The notes below the pieces were generated by a model. The model had not been told where the DNA came from, searched no databases, and saw nothing but the letters and a program-made list of their open reading frames with translations. This document shows positions 21,039-31,015 of a stretch of DNA of 64,000 bases, one piece after another; position 1 is the stretch's first letter; each line of letters starts with the position of its first letter. Source of the DNA: Candidatus Omnitrophota bacterium. GTDB lineage: Bacteria > Omnitrophota > Gorgyraeia > 2-01-FULL-45-10. Made by a program: the position numbers and the translations under genes. The DNA is taken from the NCBI GenBank assembly GCA_028699255.1, contig JAQVUX010000001.1, forward strand, positions 124,787 through 188,786, written 5' to 3'.

Positions 21039-22474
21039 CGCAGTAATATCTCTTTCACCGGCAGAATAAGCGCGTAAAATATTATGGGAAAGAATACGCC
21101 CGCGCCTATTGTTATGACGGCCAACGCTATCGAGACTGTAACTACCGTCTTATTCGCTTCTTTCAAACCTTCGAACCCTGCTCTCAATTTTCCGAAGAAC
21201 ACACGCCGTTGTAGCGACAGGAAATATGCCAGTGTGATTATGCTGGCCAAAACCGCGGCGACTGCATAACCGTGATGGCTCGCCTGCCACAGGGCGATGA
21301 CGATCATGATCTTCGACCAGAACCCGGCCAGCGGCGGAACCCCGCACGCTGATAGCATCGCTATTACGGAAGTCGCGCCGGTAACCGGCATCTTCTGCGC
21401 AAGCCCGCCCATCTTATCCATGTCGCAGGTACCCGTTTCTTTTTCGACCGCAGACGAATTGACGAAGAGGAGCGACTTAAATACCGAGTGATTGAATAAA
21501 TGGAATACAGCGCCCGCTATGCCGAGCCCGGTGCCCGCGCCAAGGCCGAGTATTATGTAGCCAACCTGGCTTATGCTCGAATACGCGAGCATTCGTTTAA
21601 AATTATTCTGCGCGATCGCCGTAAGGGCGCCTGCAAATATCGATATAGTGCCGATAAGCATCAATACGCCGTTTATCGCCGTGTCGAACGGAAAGAGCGA
21701 GGTTACTATGCGTATCATGGTGTAGATACCGGCGGCCTTCGTAACAACGCCCGCGAGGAGCACAGAAACAGGGGCCGGGGCCGCGCTGTACGCGTCGGGC
21801 AACCATCCATGGAACGGCATGAGCCCTCCCTTTATAAAAAGCCCGCACATGAATAGTCCTATGGCGAACGTAATAAGCGAACTATTACGCGACTCCGCGA
21901 TGCCGTTGGCTATAGCCGAGAATGAAGTGCTACCGGACACTATGAGCAATATCCCGATGGACGTCAGCATAAGCACGGTCGCAACCGCCGAAAGCATAAG
22001 ATATTTAAACGATCCCTCGAGCGAGTCCAGGGTCCTCGGGAATGCTATCAATAAAAATGATGCAACGGCGGTTATCTCCATAAATACATATAGCGAGAAG
22101 ACATCTTTTACCATTACAATGCCGGTCATCCCAAGCGAAGCAATAATAAGAAGATTGATGAATTTGAACATACCCGTATCGTCGCTCATCGTATATCGCG
22201 CCACAAAAAGGCTCGCTATGGAGACCATGCCAATACATAAGAACATAACAAAACTAAGATGATCTATAAGAAAACTGGCATTGAAGAATGCGTCAACCCT
22301 GTCGAGCGAATTATTCCAGAATGCCGGGTGGTGAAATATCGCTACCAGCATCTGTAAAATAAAAAGACAGAACGCCGCCCAGAACGCGTACTTCTTTGCC
22401 CTGGGGCTTGCGGCAAAAAAGAGATTCAGGATTATTACCCCGAAAAGCGGTATCAATATCAGCAATGACGGCAC
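21035..22474 (-). CDS. NuoN/MrpD-like proton-conducting antiporter subunit
   Basis: 479 aa, about 14 TM helices, complex I antiporter-like family. Confidence 0.8.
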   Translation of the reverse strand: MPSLLILIPLFGVIILNLFFAASPRAKKYAFWAAFCLFILQMLVAIFHHPAFWNNSLDRVDAFFNASFLIDHLSFVMFLCIGMVSIASLFVARYTMSDDTGMFKFINLLIIASLGMTGIVMVKDVFSLYVFMEITAVASFLLIAFPRTLDSLEGSFKYLMLSAVATVLMLTSIGILLIVSGSTSFSAIANGIAESRNSSLITFAIGLFMCGLFIKGGLMPFHGWLPDAYSAAPAPVSVLLAGVVTKAAGIYTMIRIVTSLFPFDTAINGVLMLIGTISIFAGALTAIAQNNFKRMLAYSSISQVGYIILGLGAGTGLGIAGAVFHLFNHSVFKSLLFVNSSAVEKETGTCDMDKMGGLAQKMPVTGATSVIAMLSACGVPPLAGFWSKIMIVIALWQASHHGYAVAAVLASIITLAYFLSLQRRVFFGKLRAGFEGLKEANKTVVTVSIALAVITIGAGVFFPIIFYALILPVKEILLR

Positions 22475-22492
22475 TACTTACCCCTTTCCATA

Positions 22493-24352
22493 TCAGACGG
22501 CGCGCAACAAAAACATCACAATAAGGATCGCCGCGCCGAGCGACCAGATAATATATGCCTTGTAATTTCCTGTATGCAACCGCTTCAGCGCTGACGCCGA
22601 AGAATCGGTTACTGTAACGACCAGGACGTTATATACCCAATCTATAGCCCTATCTATGCGGAATAGCACAGCCGAAGCAAAGTTGACCAAGTTCAAGCCT
22701 ACATTGTACGGGTCGAAGAACCTGTTCTCCGCCTTATCGTATGCCCATTTAAGTCCGGGAGCGTAACGTATGTGATCGGTGGCCTTTATCGCCTTATGTG
22801 TCTTTTTAAAACCGTAAAGGTGGTTCAAAAATGCCAGCGCCAGGACTACGATAGTAATAATGACCAGCATTGCGCTCGAAGGCATTCCTGCGAAATCATG
22901 CCCCGCGAGCCGCTCGCCCAGTATAGGCTGTATCAGATTCTTCAAAGGAAGCGCGTTCCATAACCCGAAGAGTACGCACATGAACGCTATCACGATCATC
23001 GGTATGAGCATGGCTAAAGGCGCCTCTTTAACTTCCCTATTATCTACCATATGCTCTTTACCTTCTTCGCCCTTTCCCAGAAATGCCGCATGGCCAAGTT
23101 TTAAAAATGACGCCGCGGTTAAGAACGACCCCAATATCGCCGCTATGTAAAATATGAGCCCTCGCTCCAGCGCTCCGTCATAGACGAGTTCCTTCGAGAA
23201 AAATCCATTGAACGGCGGAACTCCGGATATGGCCGCGGCCGCAATGAGGAAACAGATGAAAGTCACCGGCATCTTCCGGCCCAGCCCACCAAGTCGCTGA
23301 AGGTCTGTTGTACCCGCCTGTCTCTCGACGGAACCACCCGTCAGGAAGAGACAGCTTTTGTACATGGCGTGATTTATCATGTGGAACAGCCCGCCCACGA
23401 TACCGACCGGCACCAGCGTGCCTATTCCTAATATCATATATCCTACCTGGCTTATCGCGTGATAAGACAGAAGCCTCTTATAATCTTTCTGGATGAGCGC
23501 CATCATTACGGCCAAAAGTATCGTTATCGCGCCTATCGTCATGAGCATGATACTTATCCACGAATGAGGTTCGAGTTTGAACATATCGAGCGATATCCTG
23601 GCAAGAAAATATATTCCGAGTAGCTTCTCCAATGCCGCGGGCAGGATAGCCATAAAAGGAAGCGGCGCGTCGAGGGCGGCGTCCGGTATCCAGCTATGGA
23701 AAGGCATCGAGCCTGCCTTCGATATCGCTCCTATCATAAGGAGTATGAACGCGAGACCTCCCAGGCCTGCGGAAGATATGTGTATCATCGATATCGTCGT
23801 AGTGCCTGCGATATAACCTGTCAGCGCTATGCCTATCATCATGCAGAGGTCGCTTACACCCACGATGAGAAATGCTTTTGTTCCCGTCTTGAACGCGTTC
23901 TTTCCGCCTATCGCTATCATCGCGAACAACGTCAGGAGTAATCCCTCCCAGAAGAATAACATTAGCACTAAATTATTCGATAACACCGCGCCGTTTACCA
24001 TCAAAAGCGAGAGCGCGAGATAAACATAAAATTGTTTGGCGTAATCTTTAGTGTGCAGAAATGCTGTCGAATACATCGTTATAAAAAATGCGAAACCCGC
24101 CGCCGCAAGTAATATGAAACCGCTGAATTGGTACAATTTTAACGAAAAGTCAATGCCGAAGCCCGACCAGGGTATGGAATAAATGATCTTTGCTTTGAAT
24201 AGCAAGATGGCGAGGGCAAGATTTAATGCTGTGCCCGCTAAGGCTATCGCCTCTTTGCCCCACGCGATGCGTTTCGGCAGGACAAGGACAGCCAGCGCTG
24301 TCACAAGCGGTATCAGGATCGGATAAAATATCGTCTCTGGCGCCATAATCAC
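22493..24352 (-). CDS. NuoL/MrpA-like antiporter subunit
   Basis: 619 aa. Antiporter core plus a C-terminal extension. Confidence 0.8.
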   Translation of the reverse strand: MIMAPETIFYPILIPLVTALAVLVLPKRIAWGKEAIALAGTALNLALAILLFKAKIIYSIPWSGFGIDFSLKLYQFSGFILLAAAGFAFFITMYSTAFLHTKDYAKQFYVYLALSLLMVNGAVLSNNLVLMLFFWEGLLLTLFAMIAIGGKNAFKTGTKAFLIVGVSDLCMMIGIALTGYIAGTTTISMIHISSAGLGGLAFILLMIGAISKAGSMPFHSWIPDAALDAPLPFMAILPAALEKLLGIYFLARISLDMFKLEPHSWISIMLMTIGAITILLAVMMALIQKDYKRLLSYHAISQVGYMILGIGTLVPVGIVGGLFHMINHAMYKSCLFLTGGSVERQAGTTDLQRLGGLGRKMPVTFICFLIAAAAISGVPPFNGFFSKELVYDGALERGLIFYIAAILGSFLTAASFLKLGHAAFLGKGEEGKEHMVDNREVKEAPLAMLIPMIVIAFMCVLFGLWNALPLKNLIQPILGERLAGHDFAGMPSSAMLVIITIVVLALAFLNHLYGFKKTHKAIKATDHIRYAPGLKWAYDKAENRFFDPYNVGLNLVNFASAVLFRIDRAIDWVYNVLVVTVTDSSASALKRLHTGNYKAYIIWSLGAAILIVMFLLRAV

Positions 24353-25800
24353 ATCCCCATCATCTGCTTAACAGCTATCTGCACAAAATCCGAAGGATAC
24401 TTTATCAGTATTCCGCCCGCCACAGAAAGGACGGCCAGAATAGCGACGGAGAAAACCATTATCCCGGAACCTTCTTTGGCCGTCGTCGCGCTTTTCGCTT
24501 CGCCCAGGAATATCATGTTGAATATTCTGAAAAGATATATCAATGTAAGGATCGCGCCTATAAGAAACATCGCCGTTATCCATATTTTCCCGCTGTTGGC
24601 CGCGCCTGCAAAGACTAAGTATTTCGAGAAGAACCCGCCGAACGGAGGCACGCCCATTACCGAGAAGGCGCACGCCAGAAACGATATCGCCGTTACCGGC
24701 ATCGTCGCGATAAGCCCGCCCATCTTCGTTATGTCTTTAGTCTTCGCGTTCTGCTCGATGATGCCCGCGCATAAAAATAGCCCGCCTTTGGCGAGCCCGT
24801 GCATCAATATGAAAAGTAGCGCTCCGGCATAACCTACTTCGTTGCTGACAGCAAATCCCAGCAGTATAAAACCTATCTGGCTTACAGTCGAGTATGCTAT
24901 TATGCGCTTCATGTCCGTCTCGACCAGCGCGCAACCTGCCGATACGAGCGCGCTCACTCCAGCGATAACCGGCACTATCGTGTGCCAGGCCGGAGCGATG
25001 GCAAACGTCGCGATGAACAGACGCGCGAATACATACACGCCTATTTTTACCAGCACCGCCGCGTGCAGTAGCGCAGTTACCGGAGACGGCGCAACGCCGG
25101 CGTCCGGAAGCCATGTATGGAATGGCAATGTGGCGGATTTTGAAAGTATGCCCGCCAGTATAAGTAGTACCGCTATATCGGGTATCGCGCTCGTTTTAAA
25201 TGCCTGCTTTATCACCGCGAGGTCGAAAGATCCGGTCGCCTGATATATATAGATGAAGCCTATGAGCATGAGAAGCGCGCCAAATACCGTTACTAAGAAT
25301 GCTTTGTCCGCCTTTAGAATTATCTCTTTATCTCTGAAAAATCCGATGAGTCGCCAGCTCGCGAGAGCGGTTATCTCCCAGAAAAGATATAGGAATATGA
25401 GGTTGCCCGAATAAACGAGCCCCATCATGGCGCCTAAGAAAAGCGTTACCATGAGATAATATTCGTTGCGATTGGAATAATGGCTTATGTACCCGAGGGA
25501 ATACAGTACTATTATCGCTCCGACAAGTGACGAGACCACGGCCATGAATACGGCCAGGGCGTCGGCAGTAAGGATGAAATTAAATCCCAGCGGCAGTTCA
25601 TGGATTATGGTTATGACTTTTCCCGTCAGGATGGCGGGAATTAGCATAATCGAGCATATGAGCGATATCGATACCAGTGCCAGTGACGTAAGATTTCTGG
25701 CAAGTTCCGACACCCGGCCTATTAAAGGAAGCGCAAAGGCCCCTATTACCGGAACAAATACGCTGGCTAATAGGTATGTACTTTCCATCGAATACATCAA
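24349..25800 (-). CDS. NuoM/MrpD-like antiporter subunit
   Basis: 483 aa. First gene of the hydrogenase cluster. Confidence 0.8.
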   Translation of the reverse strand: MMYSMESTYLLASVFVPVIGAFALPLIGRVSELARNLTSLALVSISLICSIMLIPAILTGKVITIIHELPLGFNFILTADALAVFMAVVSSLVGAIIVLYSLGYISHYSNRNEYYLMVTLFLGAMMGLVYSGNLIFLYLFWEITALASWRLIGFFRDKEIILKADKAFLVTVFGALLMLIGFIYIYQATGSFDLAVIKQAFKTSAIPDIAVLLILAGILSKSATLPFHTWLPDAGVAPSPVTALLHAAVLVKIGVYVFARLFIATFAIAPAWHTIVPVIAGVSALVSAGCALVETDMKRIIAYSTVSQIGFILLGFAVSNEVGYAGALLFILMHGLAKGGLFLCAGIIEQNAKTKDITKMGGLIATMPVTAISFLACAFSVMGVPPFGGFFSKYLVFAGAANSGKIWITAMFLIGAILTLIYLFRIFNMIFLGEAKSATTAKEGSGIMVFSVAILAVLSVAGGILIKYPSDFVQIAVKQMMGM

Positions 25801-25841
25801 ATCTCCGTTGAGAAACTGTCTATATTATATCAGCGGCCGGA

Positions 25842-28166
25842 TTATTTTGCTACCGCAATATCCGGAGCCGTTCTCTTACTCTTCAATACAGCCCAGACCA
25901 GTGAGGCGCAAAGTAGCGACACGATAACCCACCCAGTCACGCCGAGCTTATTATACTGAACGACTATCGGCGCTATTATTACAGAAACTAAGTTGACCAC
26001 CTTTATCATCGGGTTGAGTGCCGGGCCGGCTGTGTCTTTCAACGGATCTCCGACGGTGTCGCCTACGACTGCCGCCTTGTGCCTCTCGGAACCTTTACCC
26101 GTATTTTTCGCTACATCGGACAATTCGTCCTCGATCGTCTTCTTGGCATTGTCCCATGCGCCACCGGAATTCGACATAAATACGGCGAGGAGTTGCCCGG
26201 AAAGGATAATACCCGCGAGAAATCCGCCGAGCGCCTCAACCTGCAGGACAAGACCTACCACTATAGGTGAAACGATGCATATAATGGCCAGTCCGATCAA
26301 TTCTTTCTGTGCCGCGGTTGTAGATATAGCGACGGCCTGCTTGTAATCCGGCTTCACTTTTCCTTCTAACACGCCCAATTTGAACTGGCGCCTGACTTCT
26401 TCGACGATGAGCGCCGCCGCCCTGGCAACCGCCTGGATGCTGAACGCGGAGAATAGCCACGGGATCGCGCCGCCTATCAACATTCCGACAAATACCTGCG
26501 GAACCGAAACGCGTATACCTAACGAACTAAGCTGATCCGCAAGCGGCACACCCAACGCCGCCTGTACCTTGCTTACATCAACCATATATGACCCGAATAA
26601 CGCTACTGCCGCTATAACGGCTGAACCTATGGCAACGCCTTTAGTGATCGCCTTCGTAGTATTGCCGACACCATCTAAATCCGCCATGATCTTACGGGCG
26701 GCTACGGTGTCTTTATCCGTCTTGCCGTGCCATGCCATCTCCCCTATGCCATTTGCGTTATCCGCTATCGGACCAAAAGAGTCCATGGCAACGTTGTTGC
26801 CCGTAAGTGTTAACATGCCTATACCGGTCATCGCTACGCCATAAAGTATATAAGTAACCTTCTCGGCGCCGGAAATCCCGGGAATACTTCCGAATATCAC
26901 TATGGATGAAAATATAGTCGTCGCGATAACGAGTATCGACCATACCGCCGATTCATATCCAACGGCTATGCCGGAGAGTATCGTAGTCGCCGAACCCGTA
27001 CTGGTTGACTTACGTATTTCGCGGACAGGTTTACCTTCCGTTCCCGTAAAATATTCCGTGAGACGATCGATGGCTATCGCAAGCCCAACCCCAACCGCTG
27101 TCGCGAGAAAAGGCCTCCACCACCCGCCCGGCAGTTTGCTCATATAGAAGAAAGCGAGCACGCCGAATAACGCGACTGAAATAGCCGCTGATGTTAAGAA
27201 ACCTTTAAAAATCGCCTTCATAGCGTTACCGCTCTTAGAAGGGCTACCCTTTACAGCATATGTTCCTATAATAGAACAAAGCACGCCGATGCCACGAACT
27301 AATAGCGGATACACGATCCACTCGAGCCGGTGCGTAATATGATATAGCGCGAGACCGAGTATAAGGCCGGCTACGATAGTAACTTCGTATGATTCGAATA
27401 TGTCCGCGGCCATACCGGCGCAATCACCGACGTTATCACCGACCAGGTCAGCGACTACGGCTGGGTTGCGTGGATCGTCCTCGGGTATACCCGCTTCGAC
27501 TTTACCGACGAGATCTGCCCCGACATCCGCCGCTTTTGTGTAAATACCGCCGCCCACCCTCATGAATAACGCCAGAAGCGTACCGCCGAAACCGAATCCT
27601 AAAAGCGCGTCCGGCGCGGCTATCCCAAATACGATAAAAATTATCGTTCCGCCAAAAAGCCCCAGGCCATCCGTTAACATACCCGTGATAGTGCCCGAAC
27701 GGTAAGCTATTCTCAGCGCGTCACCAAACGACCTCTTCGCCGCCTGCGCAACCCTGACGTTTCCCTGAACCGCCATACGCATACCGAGCTGGCCTACGAG
27801 TAGCGAAAAAACGGCGCCCATTATAAAAGCAAGCGCCCTGCCTACGCCTATGATGAGCCTGACTATATTTTCCGGCTGGCCCGCAAATCTCTGCAGAGCC
27901 TCTTCGGACGGTGGTACTATATATACGGAGAAGAATAACGCGAATGTAAGCAGTCCTATTAAAGGAAGGATAGAAAAAAGCTGTTTGCGTAAATACGCGT
28001 TCGCGCCTTCACGGATTGCGTTCCACACCTCGATCATCTTCGCGTCGCCTTTGTCTTCGCGAAGTATCTGCTTGCGAAGGAATAAAGCATATAACAACCC
28101 CAGTATGGAAACGCCTAAAACGCTCCATATCGCTACCTGCTCGAAAAACGTGAGTCCGTATACCAT
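25842..28166 (-). CDS. hppA: membrane-bound ion-translocating pyrophosphatase (V-type H+/Na+-PPase)
   Basis: 774 aa. GNTTKA, DNVGDCAG, EYYT and GDTVGDPLKDT signature motifs. Confidence 0.95.
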   Translation of the reverse strand: MVYGLTFFEQVAIWSVLGVSILGLLYALFLRKQILREDKGDAKMIEVWNAIREGANAYLRKQLFSILPLIGLLTFALFFSVYIVPPSEEALQRFAGQPENIVRLIIGVGRALAFIMGAVFSLLVGQLGMRMAVQGNVRVAQAAKRSFGDALRIAYRSGTITGMLTDGLGLFGGTIIFIVFGIAAPDALLGFGFGGTLLALFMRVGGGIYTKAADVGADLVGKVEAGIPEDDPRNPAVVADLVGDNVGDCAGMAADIFESYEVTIVAGLILGLALYHITHRLEWIVYPLLVRGIGVLCSIIGTYAVKGSPSKSGNAMKAIFKGFLTSAAISVALFGVLAFFYMSKLPGGWWRPFLATAVGVGLAIAIDRLTEYFTGTEGKPVREIRKSTSTGSATTILSGIAVGYESAVWSILVIATTIFSSIVIFGSIPGISGAEKVTYILYGVAMTGIGMLTLTGNNVAMDSFGPIADNANGIGEMAWHGKTDKDTVAARKIMADLDGVGNTTKAITKGVAIGSAVIAAVALFGSYMVDVSKVQAALGVPLADQLSSLGIRVSVPQVFVGMLIGGAIPWLFSAFSIQAVARAAALIVEEVRRQFKLGVLEGKVKPDYKQAVAISTTAAQKELIGLAIICIVSPIVVGLVLQVEALGGFLAGIILSGQLLAVFMSNSGGAWDNAKKTIEDELSDVAKNTGKGSERHKAAVVGDTVGDPLKDTAGPALNPMIKVVNLVSVIIAPIVVQYNKLGVTGWVIVSLLCASLVWAVLKSKRTAPDIAVAK

Positions 28167-28318
28167 GTCCCGCTCCTTTTTTATATGTACTAAAAAAAAC
28201 GACCCCCTTTGTCAACCTTCTTTATAAGGAGGTCCATAATAATTCTTATTCATTTAACGGATTATATATTTATTATAATCCTGCCGGCCTTTAGTGTCAA
28301 GTTTTTTGTATGGGTCGT

Positions 28319-28750
28319 CTACACGGACGAAGAAGACTTAACCTCCACCGTCCTTATAAGGAGCCCCGCGCAACCCTCCGGGACAATGCCCCTTACCAGA
28401 TCCGGGCGGCGCGGATTGAAGACCACATAACTGCCGTCCTTAACATCCACTATTACCTCTATAAAGCCCTCGCGCCTCATCTCCCCGAGCACTCTCCAGG
28501 CTTCTTTAATCCTATCCGCCTTAATAGTGCACAGATCTCGGCCTTCATTTTTGACGACGAGTTCATAGGAAGGAACCTTATTATCCAATATCAAGACACA
28601 TGGCGTAACCTGTTCGGTCTTCCCGCATACGACCGTTGCGACCACATCCTTGACAGGTTCGTCTTTCTTCGCCTTCTTCGCGTGCGCCTGTGTCGCAAAT
28701 ATCGCTGTCGTCATCATCACAATGACTAAAATCCCGATACCCCGCTTCAT
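28319..28750 (-). CDS. hypothetical secreted protein
   Basis: Signal peptide MKRGIGILVIVMMTTAIFATQAHA. 143 aa with four Cys. Confidence 0.5.
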   Translation of the reverse strand: MKRGIGILVIVMMTTAIFATQAHAKKAKKDEPVKDVVATVVCGKTEQVTPCVLILDNKVPSYELVVKNEGRDLCTIKADRIKEAWRVLGEMRREGFIEVIVDVKDGSYVVFNPRRPDLVRGIVPEGCAGLLIRTVEVKSSSSV

Positions 28751-28771
28751 ATCTTCCTTTCCATCTGCCTC

Positions 28772-28924
28772 TTACAGGCAGAATATGAGAATGTTTGCGA
28801 GAAAATACAATATCGCTATAAAAAGTTCTTTCGGACTACCCGAATGCGTATATCGCAGTAGACCCGACACCATAAGTAGCGCCGAGCCAAGCACTGCGAC
28901 GACCTGATACATCGCTAATTTCAT
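28772..28924 (-). CDS. unlisted 50-aa two-TM small membrane protein (MKLAMYQVVAVLGSALLMVSGLLRYTHSGSPKELFIAILYFLANILIFCL)
   Basis: Translated by hand from the 225-nt gap. ATG preceded by GGAGAGAAGAT. Below the ORF-track length cutoff. Confidence 0.3.
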   Translation of the reverse strand: MKLAMYQVVAVLGSALLMVSGLLRYTHSGSPKELFIAILYFLANILIFCL

Positions 28925-28974
28925 ATCTTCTCTCCACGTGTTTAAAATACCGCCGCCCGACGTATCGAAAAATT

Positions 28975-30966
28975 TTAACTTACCCTTACCGGCATAACAA
29001 TGAACGGGATCCCGTTCTGGTGGAGACGGCGCTGAACGGCAAAAGTGGTATAGTTATAAAGCATCTTGGTGAATATCGTATCCTGCGGTAACACGATCTG
29101 GCCGCCGAAGAATACGCTATTGGGATAGCGCTCGAAAATCTCGTAAGCCATCTTCGATATATCGTCCGCCGTTTCCGTTCCTATCGTGGACAGGCTCTCG
29201 GCGTAAAATCCCTGACTTTTCATAAAAGCAACGTAGTGATCGAGCTCGTCCTGAACGTGCGCTTTTAATTCAGCAATGGCATCTACCCCTTTAAAATTAC
29301 CCGAGTCGATTATGCCGGCCATTATGAATACGAAATTCTTAATATCTCCAAATAGCCTGCGGACATTGAATAACGTGTGGAGCCCCATGCCGTTAAATCC
29401 GTTCACGAGTATAACGGCCGTCTTCGACTCGGAATCGTACTTCGGTTCCGCGCCCCGTCCTGCCTCCGGCGACTCTACCGACTTGGCTATCTCCGCGGCG
29501 TGGACAAGACTGTCGAGCCGCACCAAAAGCCGCATCGTCCTTTTGTAATAGCGTTTTATTGAAATGGCGAGAAGTATGAGCGAGCCGGTAATGAATATCG
29601 TTATCCAGCCGCCCTCGTTGAATTTTATTATTATAACCGAAAGCAGGATAAAGGTTGTCATTGCAAGGCCCACGCCATTAATAACCATTTTTTTGAACCA
29701 TGAAGGCGCCTGTTTCCGGACGCTCCACCAGTGGCGCACCATTCCAAGCTGGGACAAGCAAAATGTTATAAAAACGTTTATGGCATACAAAACGACAAGG
29801 AATTTCACCGAGCCCTGACTCAAGGCGACTAAGACAAGCGCGGCGCCGCCCATCAGCAGGATCCCGTTCTGCGTAACAAAACGCTCGCTCAATAGAGAAA
29901 ATTGAAACGGAAACCACCTGTCATGCGCCATATTTGCCAGAACTCGAGGGCCATCCAAAAAACCCGTCTGGGCCGCGACAAACAGTAGCACCGCTTCCGA
30001 TATCAATGTAATCAATAGAAATGTGTATCCGATGCCCGGGTTCCATTGGGAAGTAACGCTCTCGAGAAGGACTGCATTTAATGTCTTACCCGGCTGGAAT
30101 TGAACATGATACAAAAGATACCCGAGCATAAGACCGCCGGCTACCGTAGCAAGCGATATTGCCATGTATCTCATAGTCTTCTTTGCTGTTTCAACCCTGG
30201 GCTCTCGTAATATCGGTATGCCGTTCGACACGGCCTCTATTCCGGTATAGGTACCGGCGCCCATACTGTATGCCTTCATTATAAGAACGAACATGCCGAA
30301 CATGCCTATTTCGGCTCTCGTAGTATTAACATCGCTTATAGTTGCGCTGACCACATTGCCAAATTGCGGTGCGTGTACAACCAGGCTGTATAGGATAACA
30401 AAAACGTGCGTAGCTAAGAATATGATAAATATCGGTACAAGTGGCAGTACCGACTCTTTTACGCCTCTTAAGTTTAATAATATAAGTATAAGGATACCTA
30501 TTAAAGCAACGGGCAATTTGAATTGTAGCCAGCTTGGAGGAAGAAAACTGAATAGCGCGTCCGCGCCGCTGGCTATAGACAGGGCTATCGTGAGCACGTA
30601 ATCGACTAAGAGCGCGCACCCTGACACCATGCCTACCGCAGGCGAAAGCAGTTTGCTGGCGACTAAATATCCTCCCCCGCCTGCCGGAAAAAGCTCGATA
30701 ATTTGCGAATAACTCGAACTTATCACGAATATCGTTAATGCGGTGGCTATGGCAACGAAGATGCCAAGGAACATGTGGGTTTTAAGCGCAAGGAAGGCCT
30801 CTTCGGGACCGTAACAACAGGATGACAAGCCGTCAGATCCTAAGCCTACCCAGGCAAAGAACGCCACAAGCGATATATTATGGAAGAGCTGAGGATCGTG
30901 GAGATTTTTGGCCCTGCCTATGACGAATTCTTTCATCTTCCCAAATATGTTGGGTTTGTTAGTCAT
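28975..30966 (-). CDS. APC-family amino-acid permease with a C-terminal cytoplasmic domain
   Basis: About 12 TM helices (APC fold) plus a roughly 200-aa soluble C-terminal domain. Confidence 0.75.
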   Translation of the reverse strand: MTNKPNIFGKMKEFVIGRAKNLHDPQLFHNISLVAFFAWVGLGSDGLSSCCYGPEEAFLALKTHMFLGIFVAIATALTIFVISSSYSQIIELFPAGGGGYLVASKLLSPAVGMVSGCALLVDYVLTIALSIASGADALFSFLPPSWLQFKLPVALIGILILILLNLRGVKESVLPLVPIFIIFLATHVFVILYSLVVHAPQFGNVVSATISDVNTTRAEIGMFGMFVLIMKAYSMGAGTYTGIEAVSNGIPILREPRVETAKKTMRYMAISLATVAGGLMLGYLLYHVQFQPGKTLNAVLLESVTSQWNPGIGYTFLLITLISEAVLLFVAAQTGFLDGPRVLANMAHDRWFPFQFSLLSERFVTQNGILLMGGAALVLVALSQGSVKFLVVLYAINVFITFCLSQLGMVRHWWSVRKQAPSWFKKMVINGVGLAMTTFILLSVIIIKFNEGGWITIFITGSLILLAISIKRYYKRTMRLLVRLDSLVHAAEIAKSVESPEAGRGAEPKYDSESKTAVILVNGFNGMGLHTLFNVRRLFGDIKNFVFIMAGIIDSGNFKGVDAIAELKAHVQDELDHYVAFMKSQGFYAESLSTIGTETADDISKMAYEIFERYPNSVFFGGQIVLPQDTIFTKMLYNYTTFAVQRRLHQNGIPFIVMPVRVS

Positions 30967-31015
30967 AAGGGGGTATTATACATTAAGGGATGGCAGGGGT
31001 CAAGCGGCACCCATG

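Noticed and set aside
28216-28362. Repeated palindromic motif ttataaggag upstream of hppA and again inside the 28319-28750 gene
   Set aside because: A 10-mer is expected to recur many times by chance in 64 kb. The second copy is within coding sequence and there is no supporting spacing or pattern.
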